The position numbers and the translations under genes were made by a program. Below, piece by piece: positions 1 through 10,369 of a DNA stretch of 43,089 bases. Under the pieces are notes generated by a model, which saw only the letters and a list, made by a program, of their open reading frames with translations, was not told where the DNA came from and searched no databases. The stretch covers positions 1 to 43,089 of the forward strand of contig JBAXWY010000023.1 of assembly GCA_037128175.1 (NCBI GenBank). Reading direction: 5' to 3'. The first letter of the stretch is position 1. Each line of letters opens with the position of its first letter. The DNA comes from Methanothrix sp. GTDB lineage: Archaea > Halobacteriota > Methanosarcinia > Methanotrichales > Methanotrichaceae.

Positions 1-45
1 TCATCCCCGGCCTAAAGACCGGGGCGTTCTCTACCCCTACACCCC
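1..45. mobile_element. Probable terminal hairpin of an IS200/IS605-family element or derived MITE (remainder outside the window)
   Basis: Hairpin CCCCGGCC-TAAA-GACCGGGG preceded by TCAT and followed by CGTTCTC resembles the subterminal palindrome of archaeal IS200/IS605 ends; no transposase in the window. Confidence 0.45.
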
Positions 46-57
46 ACGCCTGTAATC

Positions 58-987
58 TTATTTGTTCTGCTTCTCGGCCACCAGATCCTCGAACTCGCCG
101 GTGGCGTCAATGCCCTCCAGCTCGCGCTTCTCGATCAAGGCCGTATCTTCGATGCACTCCAGCTTGGTCTCGCCGTCTACGATTACTACTGACTTGGTCC
201 TGGCCACGGCAGAAAGGCTGCTCATGAGCCGGGCCTTCTTGAGCATGCTCTGAGAAAATTTGCTCACGCTGGTCAGCAACACCAGACCCTCCGTTCGGCT
301 TATGGCATTGAAGGGGGCCTGGGCCGTGGGAACTACCTCAAAGCCGATCTCCAGAAGCCTGAGCAGGATATTATCCGTCACCGGCCCCTTATCCACCACG
401 GCATTTCCAAGAAGGAAGGGGTCCACGGGCTGGATCAGCTCCTGCTCGAAGATCTCTTCCAGCTTGATTGCCACATCCACCGTTGTGTCCATGTCCTCCA
501 CCTCATACTTGCTTATGGTGCGCCGGGAGACGCCTAATTCTGACGCCAATGCACCTAGCGAGATGCCGCGCGCTAGCCTTAGCTCTCTCATCCTGGTGCC
601 GTCGATGCGCACATAAAGCCCTCCGTGCGCCGCATAGACCAAGGGCAGGGCATCATCCAGAAGGCAGTCCGCCAGGGTGTTAAGATTAAGCGTAGGAATG
701 CCATAGCGAAAATAGACCGCACCCCTTTCCAGGTACTGGTCCCGGGTCTTCTCGCCTACCAGTATGGGGCTGGCAAAAAGATGCTTGGCCAGACGGCGCA
801 CCTCTGTGGCCGTCTGCTCATTCAGGCCGTCTATGTTGGAGAGGATCTTTATGAGCAGGAAAAGATCACCCTTTCGGGCAGCAAGATCGAAGCTCCTGGG
901 ACGGAGATAGCAGCGATCCGATGTAGAAAATCCGGCCTGCCTTAGAACCTCCTCCACGCGCTCGGCGAGAAGTTCCTTATCCATCAT
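58..987 (-). CDS. Archaeal HTH (cro/C1-type) transcriptional regulator, COG1395-like
   Basis: N-terminal RPRSFDLAARK/KILSNIDGL block and HTH LRLARGISLGALASELGVSRRTISKYE; divergent from tiaS. Confidence 0.85.
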   Translation of the reverse strand: MMDKELLAERVEEVLRQAGFSTSDRCYLRPRSFDLAARKGDLFLLIKILSNIDGLNEQTATEVRRLAKHLFASPILVGEKTRDQYLERGAVYFRYGIPTLNLNTLADCLLDDALPLVYAAHGGLYVRIDGTRMRELRLARGISLGALASELGVSRRTISKYEVEDMDTTVDVAIKLEEIFEQELIQPVDPFLLGNAVVDKGPVTDNILLRLLEIGFEVVPTAQAPFNAISRTEGLVLLTSVSKFSQSMLKKARLMSSLSAVARTKSVVIVDGETKLECIEDTALIEKRELEGIDATGEFEDLVAEKQNK

Positions 988-1023
988 TATATATCTCAGT
1001 TTGACGGCTATTTAAGGCTGACT

Positions 1024-2271
1024 ATGTTCATTGGAATTGATGATACCGATTCTGAGAGGGGACTATGCACCACATACCTTTCCGCGGTGCTGATGGAGAG
1101 GCTTCGGCCTTTGGGAGAAATAGTAGGCCGGCCAAAACTGATTCGCCTCAATCCCTGCGCCCGATACAAAACACGCGGCAACGCCGCCATAGCCATTGAG
1201 CTGGAAAGCGACCGCCCAGAGGAAGTCAGGGATGCGGCCTTAAAGACCGTGCAGGAACTGTCCGATTTTTCCGGGATGAACACCAATCCGGGCCTGGTGA
1301 TCGCGTCGCGGCGGACATTGCGGATGACGGCCTTCTACCAGCGCGCCGTTACAGAGATCCTGGAGATAAAAGATGCCAAAAAACTGCTGGATGAGGAAGG
1401 AATCTGGTACCGGGGCTTCAAGAAGGGGCGCGGCCTGATCGGAGCCCTGGCGGCCATCGGAGCCGTGCTCCCGGATTTCACCTACGAGCTGATCGCCTAC
1501 CGGGAGCGGGCGCGCTGGGGCACGCTGCGCCACATTGATGAAGAATCCGTCTGGAGAGCGGATGCCCTCACCTATCCACGCACCTGGGATACGGTAGATC
1601 ATCATAATAATAGAATTGTCTTTGCCCCTCACTCAGGAGACCCGGTATTGTTTGGCATAAGAGGCTGTGACCCAACGGCGATCTTGGAGGCATTCCAGAC
1701 CATAAAATCGGAGCCGGTCGAGAGAAGCGTTCTCTACCTGACCAACCAGGGAACAGATGCCCACATCCTGCAAGGCCTTGTGGACGACGTACTTGACTGC
1801 CAGAGCTACCGGCTGCACGGCTTTGTAGCAGAACCGGCGAAGGCTATTGCCGGCGGCCATCTCTTCTTCCCGCTGCAAGATGGCGATGCCCGCATTAACT
1901 GCGCCGCCTTCGAGCCTACCAAGAACTTTCGCACCATCGTCAAGCAGCTTATTTCAGGCGATGAGCTGGAGGTCTACGGCTCGGTGCAAGATGGCACGCT
2001 CAACCTGGAGAAGATCAATATCCTGCATCTGGCTGATAATGTGGAAACTTCTGCGCCCCTCTGTCCGGAGTGCCAAAAAAGAATGGAGTCCGCAGGCAAA
2101 GGCCAGGGCTACCGCTGCCGCCGCTGCAAGACCCATGCCGAAGACAGAGTACGCCTGCAACTCCCCCGTGATCTGGAAAAGGGCTACTACGAGGTGCCTC
2201 CTATCGCCCGCCGCCATCTCTCTAAACCCCTGGTGCGAATGGACCGCGAAAAAGTCAATCTCAGCAAGTAG
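1024..2271 (+). CDS. tiaS: tRNA(Ile2) 2-agmatinylcytidine synthetase
   Basis: IGIDDTDS..GLCTTY, RLNP..KTRGN, GRGLIGALAA, TNQGTD, AAFEPTK, LNLEK, CPEC/CRRC zinc ribbon, RRHLSKPL. Confidence 0.97.
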   Translation: MFIGIDDTDSERGLCTTYLSAVLMERLRPLGEIVGRPKLIRLNPCARYKTRGNAAIAIELESDRPEEVRDAALKTVQELSDFSGMNTNPGLVIASRRTLRMTAFYQRAVTEILEIKDAKKLLDEEGIWYRGFKKGRGLIGALAAIGAVLPDFTYELIAYRERARWGTLRHIDEESVWRADALTYPRTWDTVDHHNNRIVFAPHSGDPVLFGIRGCDPTAILEAFQTIKSEPVERSVLYLTNQGTDAHILQGLVDDVLDCQSYRLHGFVAEPAKAIAGGHLFFPLQDGDARINCAAFEPTKNFRTIVKQLISGDELEVYGSVQDGTLNLEKINILHLADNVETSAPLCPECQKRMESAGKGQGYRCRRCKTHAEDRVRLQLPRDLEKGYYEVPPIARRHLSKPLVRMDREKVNLSK

Positions 2272-2404
2272 AGAGAATAAAGTAACTGCGTAACGAAAGC
2301 ATGCCATAAAAAAGTTAGAAGGAAATCTGATCATAAAAAAATGAACGAGAGATACTGGTGACCGATGCATCCTGTTCTTCTTTAATTTTTCATGCAGAGC
2401 AATT

Positions 2405-3349
2405 CTATTGATCCGGGCATCTAGCGCAAAACTCTCCAAGCCAATGATATTCCGTCTGGTTCACCGGAAGCGGCTTCCAGAAAGTCTCATTCAAGCTCAT
2501 ATTCATCTGGAAGTGGCCGTAATAACGCTGCTCGATCAGACTGTCGTAGTTAATACGGCCTAAGCCTTTTGTAGTCGATAGCTGATTTTGGCTGGCTTGA
2601 GCAAGTTTCACATCGGTTATTCCAGTGGAATATGTGCGCGAATCATATCGTGTGATTCTGCTGGGCAAATAGTTCAACGATGTGATGTAGCTGCTGTTTT
2701 TAAATATTTCGTCATTATCAATGCTCTTATTGACAAGGACGGCCGTTATCGATATATTGAGGTGATGAAGGAATAAGCCGTAAGCCGTCGCCTGTTCGTA
2801 CTGGGAATTATACAAAGAGCTGGTTCCTGCAAAATCCCAATTGTTGCCGCCAAATATCCTGTCGTTTATTTCCGAGCCGTTATAATATATATGCCGCTTG
2901 TTTTTGAGTAGGACGGGCCATTCCTCAGAAAAATTGACTTCGATGATTCCTATGGTCTTATCCCCACTCACTTTCATCCTTTTATTAATATTGCCTTGGG
3001 TACTCGATAATAGATCGGTCTGCTCAGCGGATTTCAAATAGCCTTTTGTGGCACTTGTTCGCTCTTTGAGCATTACATCATTGGCATTCACATTGACATA
3101 GCGCGAATGATATCCAGCCACCGACCTGCCCAGAGGAGTTACATTGAGAGGGCCCACAGCTCCATCGATTTGTTCAGTTAAATGTGCGCTCAGGTTCTGG
3201 CTCTGGCGCACAACACTCCAGGATGAGCTATCGGTGTTCACAAATCCGGACCACGATGCCGCCTGGACGCTAGGTGACAAGAAAATGTGGGCTGCTATAA
3301 AAAGGATGCATACGATAATGAACGCCCGCTCTTTCTCACCCAGTCTCAT
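2405..3349 (-). CDS. Secreted hypothetical protein with many N-glycosylation sequons and a Cys-containing C-terminus
   Basis: Signal peptide ending VQA; sequons NFS, NGS, NIS, NKS, NSS, NMS, NET, NQT; colinear similarity to 14181..15197. Confidence 0.8.
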   Translation of the reverse strand: MRLGEKERAFIIVCILFIAAHIFLSPSVQAASWSGFVNTDSSSWSVVRQSQNLSAHLTEQIDGAVGPLNVTPLGRSVAGYHSRYVNVNANDVMLKERTSATKGYLKSAEQTDLLSSTQGNINKRMKVSGDKTIGIIEVNFSEEWPVLLKNKRHIYYNGSEINDRIFGGNNWDFAGTSSLYNSQYEQATAYGLFLHHLNISITAVLVNKSIDNDEIFKNSSYITSLNYLPSRITRYDSRTYSTGITDVKLAQASQNQLSTTKGLGRINYDSLIEQRYYGHFQMNMSLNETFWKPLPVNQTEYHWLGEFCARCPDQ

Positions 3350-3561
3350 CCTGCTGGATGTTTCTTGTTTGCATATAGAAGTGTTACGGCTGAAGCCCTT
3401 CGATTGCCAGAGACTGCTTAGAATGCTAGAAGTAATTTGATTTGATATATAAAAAAATTTACCGAAATGTAAAATATAGTTTGCCTGAAAACTAAAGAAT
3501 ACTAATATATATATAGTTCGGCACTAAACTATTTATACTAATTGTGCATTTATTATTTACT

Positions 3562-4050
3562 ATGTCCCGCCCAGAAGAGATTCATATTGAACATCATATG
3601 AGCTCAGATTTACTCAATAAACGGATAAAAACTCTTGAGAATGATACAAAGATCTTAAGAAGATTGTATTTCATCAAATTTCGTTATGATGGGAAGACGG
3701 TGTCCGAATCGGCTAAGTTAATCGGAATAACAAAACGTGTAGGATATATTTGGCAAGATAGATGGAATGAAATGGGCTATGAAGGCTTGATTCCCAAATA
3801 TGCAGGTGGCCGACCATCGAAGCTTACAGATGCCCAAAAAGGACAGCTAGTTCAACTTCTTAAGCAGAACGATACTTGGACTACAGAAGAGGTTAGGGAC
3901 CTCATATTTAAAGAATTCAATGTAGAATATACAAATAAACAGATTAGAATAATTTTGAAAAATATCGGTATGAAATGCGCTAAACCATTCCCTCACGACT
4001 ATCGAAGACCCGCAAATGCAGAAGAGATTTTAAAAAAAGTTTATCAATAA
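3562..4050 (+). CDS. IS630 transposase OrfA (HTH region)
   Basis: HTH motifs, GRPSKL, KPFPHDYRRP; ends at slippery run A7G (4032-4039). Confidence 0.9.
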   Translation: MSRPEEIHIEHHMSSDLLNKRIKTLENDTKILRRLYFIKFRYDGKTVSESAKLIGITKRVGYIWQDRWNEMGYEGLIPKYAGGRPSKLTDAQKGQLVQLLKQNDTWTTEEVRDLIFKEFNVEYTNKQIRIILKNIGMKCAKPFPHDYRRPANAEEILKKVYQ

Positions 4051-4592
4051 TTGATAGAGATATGATCATTGGTTTTATGGATGAATCTTCGCCACAAACT
4101 ACGGCAAATACTCAACGTCTTTGGTCTTTTGGCAAACCAACAATCTATAAAAATACAGATAAAATAAAAGCAAATGCATTTGGATGCGATATACTTAATG
4201 GGACCTCAGTCATTGATTTTAAGGAGCATTCAACGAAGGAAGATGTTGGCGAATTTCTAAAAACAATTAGAGAGAAGAACCCACTTAGTAAGATCGCGAT
4301 CCTTTGTGATAATTTTACATCCCATAGGGCACATTACACAATTCAATGTGCAAGAGAGCATGATATAACTTTAATTTTTCTTCCGAAATATTCTCCTGAT
4401 TTGAATCCAATCGAATTCATCAGGAAAAGCATTAAGCGAGTAATATCCAGGAACTTTGTCCATGATATAGATCACATGAGGTCACTGATTCAAGATTCAT
4501 TTCTCGCAAACGCTTCAAAACTAAGCTTTGCAGGATATTGGATCGAGCGTTTTCTTGGAGGGGCAGATTGGTTTAAAAAATTAGGTTCTTGA
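4032..4592 (+). CDS. IS630 transposase OrfB (DDE domain), joined to OrfA by a putative -1 frameshift
   Basis: DDE residues in GFMDES, LCDNF and LPKYSPDLNPIE; the -1 frame is open from the A7 run. Confidence 0.9.
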   Translation, partial: KKSLSIIDRDMIIGFMDESSPQTTANTQRLWSFGKPTIYKNTDKIKANAFGCDILNGTSVIDFKEHSTKEDVGEFLKTIREKNPLSKIAILCDNFTSHRAHYTIQCAREHDITLIFLPKYSPDLNPIEFIRKSIKRVISRNFVHDIDHMRSLIQDSFLANASKLSFAGYWIERFLGGADWFKKLGS

Positions 4593-5227
4593 CTATAATA
4601 TCCATTGAGGATTCCTATTAACCGATAATTTTAATGGAGCCCACATTCCGCACTTTAACTTCCTAAATCGAGTATTTTTACAGCTATCGATTCTTAGAAT
4701 ATAATTATATAATAAAATATTTATTTGTATTAATATTTTTCTGCTTGCCATTGCACCCAAATTGGGCGAAGATATTGTTATCTCTGTCCACAAGATATAA
4801 TCAACTTATTGTCAAATTGGTTAATAAAAAATTCCTATTTAATTAAAATATTTTCATTGAATAACAAAAATCGATAGCTCCAAAAATACTAAATCAGAAA
4901 CCCAAAGTGCGGAATGTGGGATGGAGCACACTATCACGCATCTCGTATTTAGCTCGCCTTTATGGCTAAACCAGGGGTTAATAGGAATCCTCGTGAACCG
5001 TTTTAAATAAAACACATTATCTACGTTTTCATGCTGAATTATCGATGCCAATGTTAACTAGTTGAAAAATCATTACTAGATAAAATATGGCTCAAAGCCA
5101 GAAAAGCTTTTTTATGCATTGGACTGTAGAGACATAAGGTGGAAGAATGCAAACTCAATCCAAATACCAGTATAAATGAAATTGGTCTGACATGAGTCTG
5201 TGGATAACCTAGGAGGATGAATAGAAT

Positions 5228-8200
5228 ATGAATCACATTAAAAATTGGGGCATCCTAGTGATTATAGCTGCCTTGATGTTAATACCGCATGTTCTTGCGG
5301 ATGTACAAGTCGGCTTTGGGACCCCTTATGTATCGGTTGGTAATACGATTAAAAGTCCCGGTATTTATTTTGATGGAGGAGAGATAATAGGCGCCAATGA
5401 TATGCTGGAAAGCTTTGGTGATGTTTCCGCCTCTGGCAGTGGTGAACTTGATCAGTGCTGGGTAGTTCATAGCAATGACGACAAGAACTATGCGGTGTCT
5501 TATGCCTCTCTGGATGACTCGGGAGCCTACTCGTATAGCTACGTTCTGACACCGGGAACAACGTCCGCAAAGGTTACAGGCCATGTAGAGGCAACTGATG
5601 CTGAGGGCATAACCTTTGGCGGCTTCGCCTATAACGGCAAAGCGTTTGCAGCCGTTGCTTTGCATGGCGATTCTGCTGAGAAGATTAAATATGACAATAT
5701 TCTATATGCATCGAGTTCCCAGGTCAGCGCACAACAAACCTTCTCCGCTGATGGCGCGGTAGATTTCAAGATCGGAGCCTATGCCGCGAAGGGAGAGTTT
5801 TTGGATGAATTCGGAGATAGTCTCGAAGATAACGATGTTGTAGGCCTTCCCGATGCACTCTACACAACTGAGAATCCGGATCTGGCTGCAGGCCAGTTTG
5901 CCTATATCACTGGCGGAGACATAACCTCGTACAAGAGCTCTGCGTCAGTTACCAGTACAACTGCCACCGCGTCCCAAACTGCAAAGATCGCAGAGGTCAC
6001 ACCACATGGGGATGCTAAGAAAGAGGACGACCATCCCGAAGAGGCCGAAGCGAATTTCTGGGGATTCTCATGGCAGAGCAACGGAGACGCATCTGCAGCC
6101 GCGAGGACCGCTACGGAAATCGAAGGCGCAGACGATGACTCCCTCACATCTGTGATGTATAACGCCGTAGCCAAGAGCACCAGTACGGGAACAGCTTCTG
6201 CTGTGCAGGATGGCATCAAGGTAAAGGGTGCCGAGGATTTCTATGCATATGCCTTCTCAGAAAGTGGTGAAGGTCTGTATGCATTGGATTACGCAGACCC
6301 ATTTGTCGATTATACCGATGCAGATGTATGGAATCTGTATGCGGACCAAGAAACGGACCTGGATAATTGGGGCGAGGGCGGGATGGAAATAACGTCTTAC
6401 AAGAGCTCCGCATCAGTCAGCGCCAAGACCGCCACGGCATCCCAGACACTCAGCACAAAGGGAACAGTAGAAGATGCTGATTTCATGGGATACGGTGGGA
6501 AGGATATAGATACAAAAGCTGACTCCGAAATTGAGGCTGAGAACAGTCTGTATCTTGATGACGGAAAGGATCTGACTTACACGGCCACGGCTACCGGTAC
6601 TAGTAGTGGCGCTGCAAGCGTGACCCAGGAGCTCACATCGGCCAAAGCTTCTGATTTAGACGCAAATGTCGAGGTGAATAACGAGGTAGATGACTTTTTC
6701 ACCCTAGGTGCAGAACAGTCTGCAGAGGTTGAAGCAGAGGAAGAAGATACGTTCAAGGTGACGAGCTACAAGAGTTCCGCATCAATCAACGCTAAGACCG
6801 CCGCGGCATCCCAATCCCTCAGCTCAACTGGATATGTAGAAGATGCTGATTTCGAGGGATTCAGTGGGAATTTTGCAGAGGATAAAGAATTTGCTGCAGC
6901 AGAAAGCAGTTTGTATATAGATGATGCGAAGACATTGACTTATAAGGCCACGTCCATCGGCACAAGCAATGTTGCTGCAAGCGTGACCCAAGAAGTTACA
7001 TCTGCTACTGCAGAAGATCTATATGCAAATGTCGTAGCGGACAGCAACGGCCTTAGAGCACGCCAGTCTGCCGACGTAGAAGCCGACGATGAATTGTTCC
7101 AAGTGAAGACCTACAAGAGCGCCGCATCTGTTGATGCCAAGACCGCATACGCATCCCAGTCCGCGAACCTGCCTTCCATATCGGATTCCGAGTATGAGGC
7201 TAAATTCTGCGGCTCTGCCGGACAGTTGGATACGTCTTTGGAGAATATAGTTTACGCGCAGACTGCTATCGATGCTTATAATGCCGAGAATGTAGTCTAC
7301 AGCGCAAACTCTGCGAGCGCTCAGACCGTGACGGCAACTGCAAGCCAGACCTTCTCTGCTAGCGAGGTCGATGGGATCATTGCAGACGCCCTGACCTATA
7401 ACGATGAATTCGATATGGCTCCCTCAGGTTCCCCAGAGGAAGACGGGAATTTCCTGGACGAATTCTTCGCTAATGGTCCCTACTTGGCTGCGGTTCAAGT
7501 AGCTTATCTACAAGGAGATGATGTAAAGGTAACATCCTATAAGAGCTCCGCATCAGTTAACACCAAGACCGCATCCGCATCCCAGTCTGCCCAGACAGTT
7601 GGAACTCTGGACGCAGCATTCGTGGGCGGATCTATACAGGAGAGCGGCGAGTACGAATTCTCTGCCGCAGTTACCGGTGCTGTTGTCGAGGAAGGAAAGG
7701 ATGTATCTTATGACGGCAAGGTAACGAGCGCCAGCAGCGTTCAGGCGACCGGAAGCCAGACCCTCACCGCAAAGTCTGCAACAGCCATAGTTCAAGCGGC
7801 AGTAGCAGCTAACCAGAATGGTGGGCGCCTGCAATACGCCGGCTCCATTGATGGCGCTGGAGATGTATATGGACAGCAGATAACCGGCTATGACATAAGT
7901 GGTGGCCCAATCTGGGTTGATTCCGATAACAAAGTCACTTCCTACAGTGGATCCGACCGCGTAAGCACCACGACGACTGCAAGCGGAAAGGTTACAACTA
8001 CTGCAACCAATACGCTGAATGCCCAGGGAGGGTTCCTCGGAAGGGCTATCGCTGCTGGTGAAGGAAATGCAATCACCGGTGGATACGTTCTGGAGCAGCT
8101 ACCTCTGACACTCAATCCATTGTTCGATGAGAACAATCTGGAAACTGCGACCGAGTATATAATCCCTGTAGCGAACCACGATGCCAATGGAGTTGGCGTG

Positions 8201-8572
8201 GTCGGCGAAACGCTCGTCTTTGCACCAATACTGAGCAATGACGTTGTAACTGGCGACCCAATCATAATGGACCGTCAGAGCGATAAACCCAACCAAAACA
8301 GCTTAAGCGGAACGTCCACGGCCACTGTGGTTAACAACATGGGTACGACCACAAGCACATTATCAGGCTCCTGGAAGGCTACAGCGCGAAAGGATACCAC
8401 CTTTCCAAACCCGGGTGACCTCAATTCTATTGAGAGGTTCGCCTACGCTTCGAATTGGGACCACTCAATACCCGCCAGCGGTAGCACTAATACCATTGGT
8501 GGGGCCTTAACCATATCCTACAATGAGAAAGCCAAGGAGACTGACTTTGCTTATCCCACAGCATCTGTATAG
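5228..8572 (+). CDS. Large acidic secreted/cell-surface protein with internal beta-rich repeats
   Basis: Signal peptide ending VLA; repeated YKSSASV-x-x-KTA-x-ASQ motif; Ala/Ser/Thr/Asp-rich. Confidence 0.9.
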   Translation: MNHIKNWGILVIIAALMLIPHVLADVQVGFGTPYVSVGNTIKSPGIYFDGGEIIGANDMLESFGDVSASGSGELDQCWVVHSNDDKNYAVSYASLDDSGAYSYSYVLTPGTTSAKVTGHVEATDAEGITFGGFAYNGKAFAAVALHGDSAEKIKYDNILYASSSQVSAQQTFSADGAVDFKIGAYAAKGEFLDEFGDSLEDNDVVGLPDALYTTENPDLAAGQFAYITGGDITSYKSSASVTSTTATASQTAKIAEVTPHGDAKKEDDHPEEAEANFWGFSWQSNGDASAAARTATEIEGADDDSLTSVMYNAVAKSTSTGTASAVQDGIKVKGAEDFYAYAFSESGEGLYALDYADPFVDYTDADVWNLYADQETDLDNWGEGGMEITSYKSSASVSAKTATASQTLSTKGTVEDADFMGYGGKDIDTKADSEIEAENSLYLDDGKDLTYTATATGTSSGAASVTQELTSAKASDLDANVEVNNEVDDFFTLGAEQSAEVEAEEEDTFKVTSYKSSASINAKTAAASQSLSSTGYVEDADFEGFSGNFAEDKEFAAAESSLYIDDAKTLTYKATSIGTSNVAASVTQEVTSATAEDLYANVVADSNGLRARQSADVEADDELFQVKTYKSAASVDAKTAYASQSANLPSISDSEYEAKFCGSAGQLDTSLENIVYAQTAIDAYNAENVVYSANSASAQTVTATASQTFSASEVDGIIADALTYNDEFDMAPSGSPEEDGNFLDEFFANGPYLAAVQVAYLQGDDVKVTSYKSSASVNTKTASASQSAQTVGTLDAAFVGGSIQESGEYEFSAAVTGAVVEEGKDVSYDGKVTSASSVQATGSQTLTAKSATAIVQAAVAANQNGGRLQYAGSIDGAGDVYGQQITGYDISGGPIWVDSDNKVTSYSGSDRVSTTTTASGKVTTTATNTLNAQGGFLGRAIAAGEGNAITGGYVLEQLPLTLNPLFDENNLETATEYIIPVANHDANGVGVVGETLVFAPILSNDVVTGDPIIMDRQSDKPNQNSLSGTSTATVVNNMGTTTSTLSGSWKATARKDTTFPNPGDLNSIERFAYASNWDHSIPASGSTNTIGGALTISYNEKAKETDFAYPTASV
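5930..7590 (+). repeat. Five intragenic repeat anchors (TACAAGAGCTC-like)
   Basis: Copies at 5930, 6398, 6767, 7112 and 7538; spacings 468, 369, 345 and 426 bp, all in frame. Confidence 0.85.
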
Positions 8573-8596
8573 CTTGGGAAACTGAAAAAAAGCCGG

Positions 8597-8672
8597 AAAG
8601 AGCAGAAAACACTAGGAAAGGAGAGCTGTTTGCTCCCTATTGCAATCTGCTCATTCTTTTCTCTTTTTTTTA
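8597..8672 (+). terminator. Probable terminator (stem plus oligo-T)
   Basis: GAGCAGA...TCTGCTC inverted repeat followed by TTCTTTTCTCTTTTTTTT after the stop codon. Confidence 0.5.
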
Positions 8673-8765
8673 TGTATTTAACTTTATCTTAAGTTCTCGA
8701 AAACTCGGTAGTCTACCTTAATTAAGTTTATATGCATTCGTTGCATGATTAAATAGGGGAAAGCA

Positions 8766-9233
8766 ATGAAGACAGATCGATTAGCTTTAGCAGGTTCATT
8801 TTGTTGGAATAGAGACTGTCCTGGCTATGGCAAAGTAGATCACGGAAACATAGTCCGGTATGGTCGCACCGACAAGGGCACGCAGCGTTTGAAATGCAAG
8901 ATCTGTGGCAGAGTATTCGTGGGGAATAAAGGGACCATATTTTATGGCTTGCATCATAGCCCAAAAGAAATCCTAGAATGCATGGCTATGCTTGCCGAAA
9001 GGAACAGTCTGGCAGCCATCCATCGAGTAAAAGGGATAAAAGAGGAAACCGTTCTGGATTGGCTCCGCAAAGCTGCAAACCATGCTGAGGAGATCGAAAC
9101 GTTATTGCTTGCTAACCAACATCTGACTCGTGTTCAGCTTGATGCCATGTGGACTTATGTAGGTCATAAGGGGGAAAAAGCAACCATTCCGAGGAGCCCA
9201 ATCGAGGCACCTTCTGGCGAGGTACCGCTATAG
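8766..9233 (+). CDS. IS1 transposase N-terminal part (InsA-like zinc finger plus HTH)
   Basis: CWNRDC...[26 protein letters not shown]; slippery GGGGAAAAAG at 9171-9180. Confidence 0.88.
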   Translation: MKTDRLALAGSFCWNRDCPGYGKVDHGNIVRYGRTDKGTQRLKCKICGRVFVGNKGTIFYGLHHSPKEILECMAMLAERNSLAAIHRVKGIKEETVLDWLRKAANHAEEIETLLLANQHLTRVQLDAMWTYVGHKGEKATIPRSPIEAPSGEVPL

Positions 9234-9862
9234 ATATTGATACGAGGCTGAGGGTGGCACGTGCTATAGGAAAGAATGAGGAAGAAGTTGCTGTGGTTAT
9301 GATGTCGCAAATAAGAGATCGCTACAATCCTATTGAACCCCCGGCGATATCAAGCGACGGAAACGATAGCTATCCTGAAGCAATGCTTGAAACCTGGGGA
9401 AAGTTGCCTGAATACACAGGTCGAGGAAGACCTCCAACACACAAACAACCTCAGCCTGGATGGAAATGCCTTCAAGTGATCAAAGATCGTTCTGGCAGCA
9501 GGTTGATTGGAATCACTCACAAAGTAGTCTACGGCGATCCAAGCGAAGTGCCAGATTTTATGGGTCTGAATACCGCCTACGTCGAAAGGACGAATCTAAC
9601 CTCGCGACAAATGAATGGCAGAATGGTTCGAAAAACACTATCATTCTCTAAAGAAGAGGAGATGCTACGAGCATCTTGTGCTCTGGAGGACGTGGTATAT
9701 AACTTATCAAGACCGCTTAAATCATTAAGAGTAAAGGTCAATAATGATCAGCGACGATGGGATCCCAGATCTCCTGCTATGGCAGCTGGCTTAACTGATC
9801 ATATCTGGACAATTGGCGAGATTATGATGATGTTAGCGGTTCCTGAGAGAAACAACGCGTAA
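9176..9862 (+). CDS. IS1 transposase C-terminal DDE part (-1 frame)
   Basis: [42 protein letters not shown]; frame open back to the slippery site. Confidence 0.88.
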   Translation, partial: KSNHSEEPNRGTFWRGTAIDIDTRLRVARAIGKNEEEVAVVMMSQIRDRYNPIEPPAISSDGNDSYPEAMLETWGKLPEYTGRGRPPTHKQPQPGWKCLQVIKDRSGSRLIGITHKVVYGDPSEVPDFMGLNTAYVERTNLTSRQMNGRMVRKTLSFSKEEEMLRASCALEDVVYNLSRPLKSLRVKVNNDQRRWDPRSPAMAAGLTDHIWTIGEIMMMLAVPERNNA

Positions 9863-9894
9863 TGGGGGGACTACCCGAAAACTCCCCCCTAGAA

Positions 9895-10238
9895 TTAATT
9901 TGATGAGAAAAATTTTGGCTTACCGGTAGCAAGGCCGCCGATCTTGTGGTGGTCTACGATCTCCACGATATTTTCCATTGAGAGCTTGTCCACAGCATGA
10001 GCCATCTCATTGTGATCTACCAGGATGACCATCTTGTCGGTGGCATCGGTGAGCTTCTCAGGATATGCAACTTTGAAGTAATCCAGCAGGAACTTTGTCT
10101 CGTCGTTGATGTCTCCGGCGGCGGCAGCGACGACCTCTTTCATTCCCAATGCGTATCTTCAGATTGGCATAAGCCATTGCATATTTTCCATAATCGGTAT
10201 TGGGCCGATTGTACCCAACTACGTATATCTTGTCGGTC
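9895..10238 (-). pseudogene. Partial duplicate of the 5' third of ppaC
   Basis: 9923-10148 identical to 11758-11983; 10149-10238 diverged from 11984-12072 with an indel; truncated. Confidence 0.9.
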
Positions 10239-10316
10239 GATCCATGCCAAAAAAAGCAGCTGAAAAATATATCGAGTTAAGTTGCGGTTATCGTTATCCC
10301 TGCCAGAGGGGAGAAA

Positions 10317-10357
10317 TGTCTGGCTGGCGATGCCGCCCGGGCAGCGCCAGCCAGATA
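10317..10357. terminator. GC-rich hairpin downstream of the 10370..10990 gene
   Basis: TGTCTGGCTGGCGATGCC and GGCAGCGCCAGCCAGATA arms, 16/18 complementary. Confidence 0.45.
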
Positions 10358-10369
10358 TCACGATTTTTC

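Larger units (their letters stand above)
3514..4595 (+). mobile_element. IS630-family insertion sequence, about 1.08 kb, flanked by TA
   Basis: TA at 3512-3513 and 4596-4597; imperfect IRs TATAGTTCGGCACTAAACTATTTATAC vs TATAGTCAAGAACCTAATTTTTTAAAC (18/27); two transposase ORFs. Confidence 0.9.
8707..9875 (+). mobile_element. IS1-family insertion sequence, 1169 bp, with 9-bp target site duplication
   Basis: TSD CGAAAACTC at 8698-8706 and 9876-9884; ends GGTAGTC...GACTACC. Confidence 0.93.

Noticed and set aside
4593-5227. Short ORFs in the AT-rich region upstream of the repeat protein
   Set aside because: No motifs or RBS; composition fits promoter DNA
3514-9875. Composite transposon carrying the 1114-aa gene
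   Set aside because: Flanking IS elements belong to different families and each has its own target duplication
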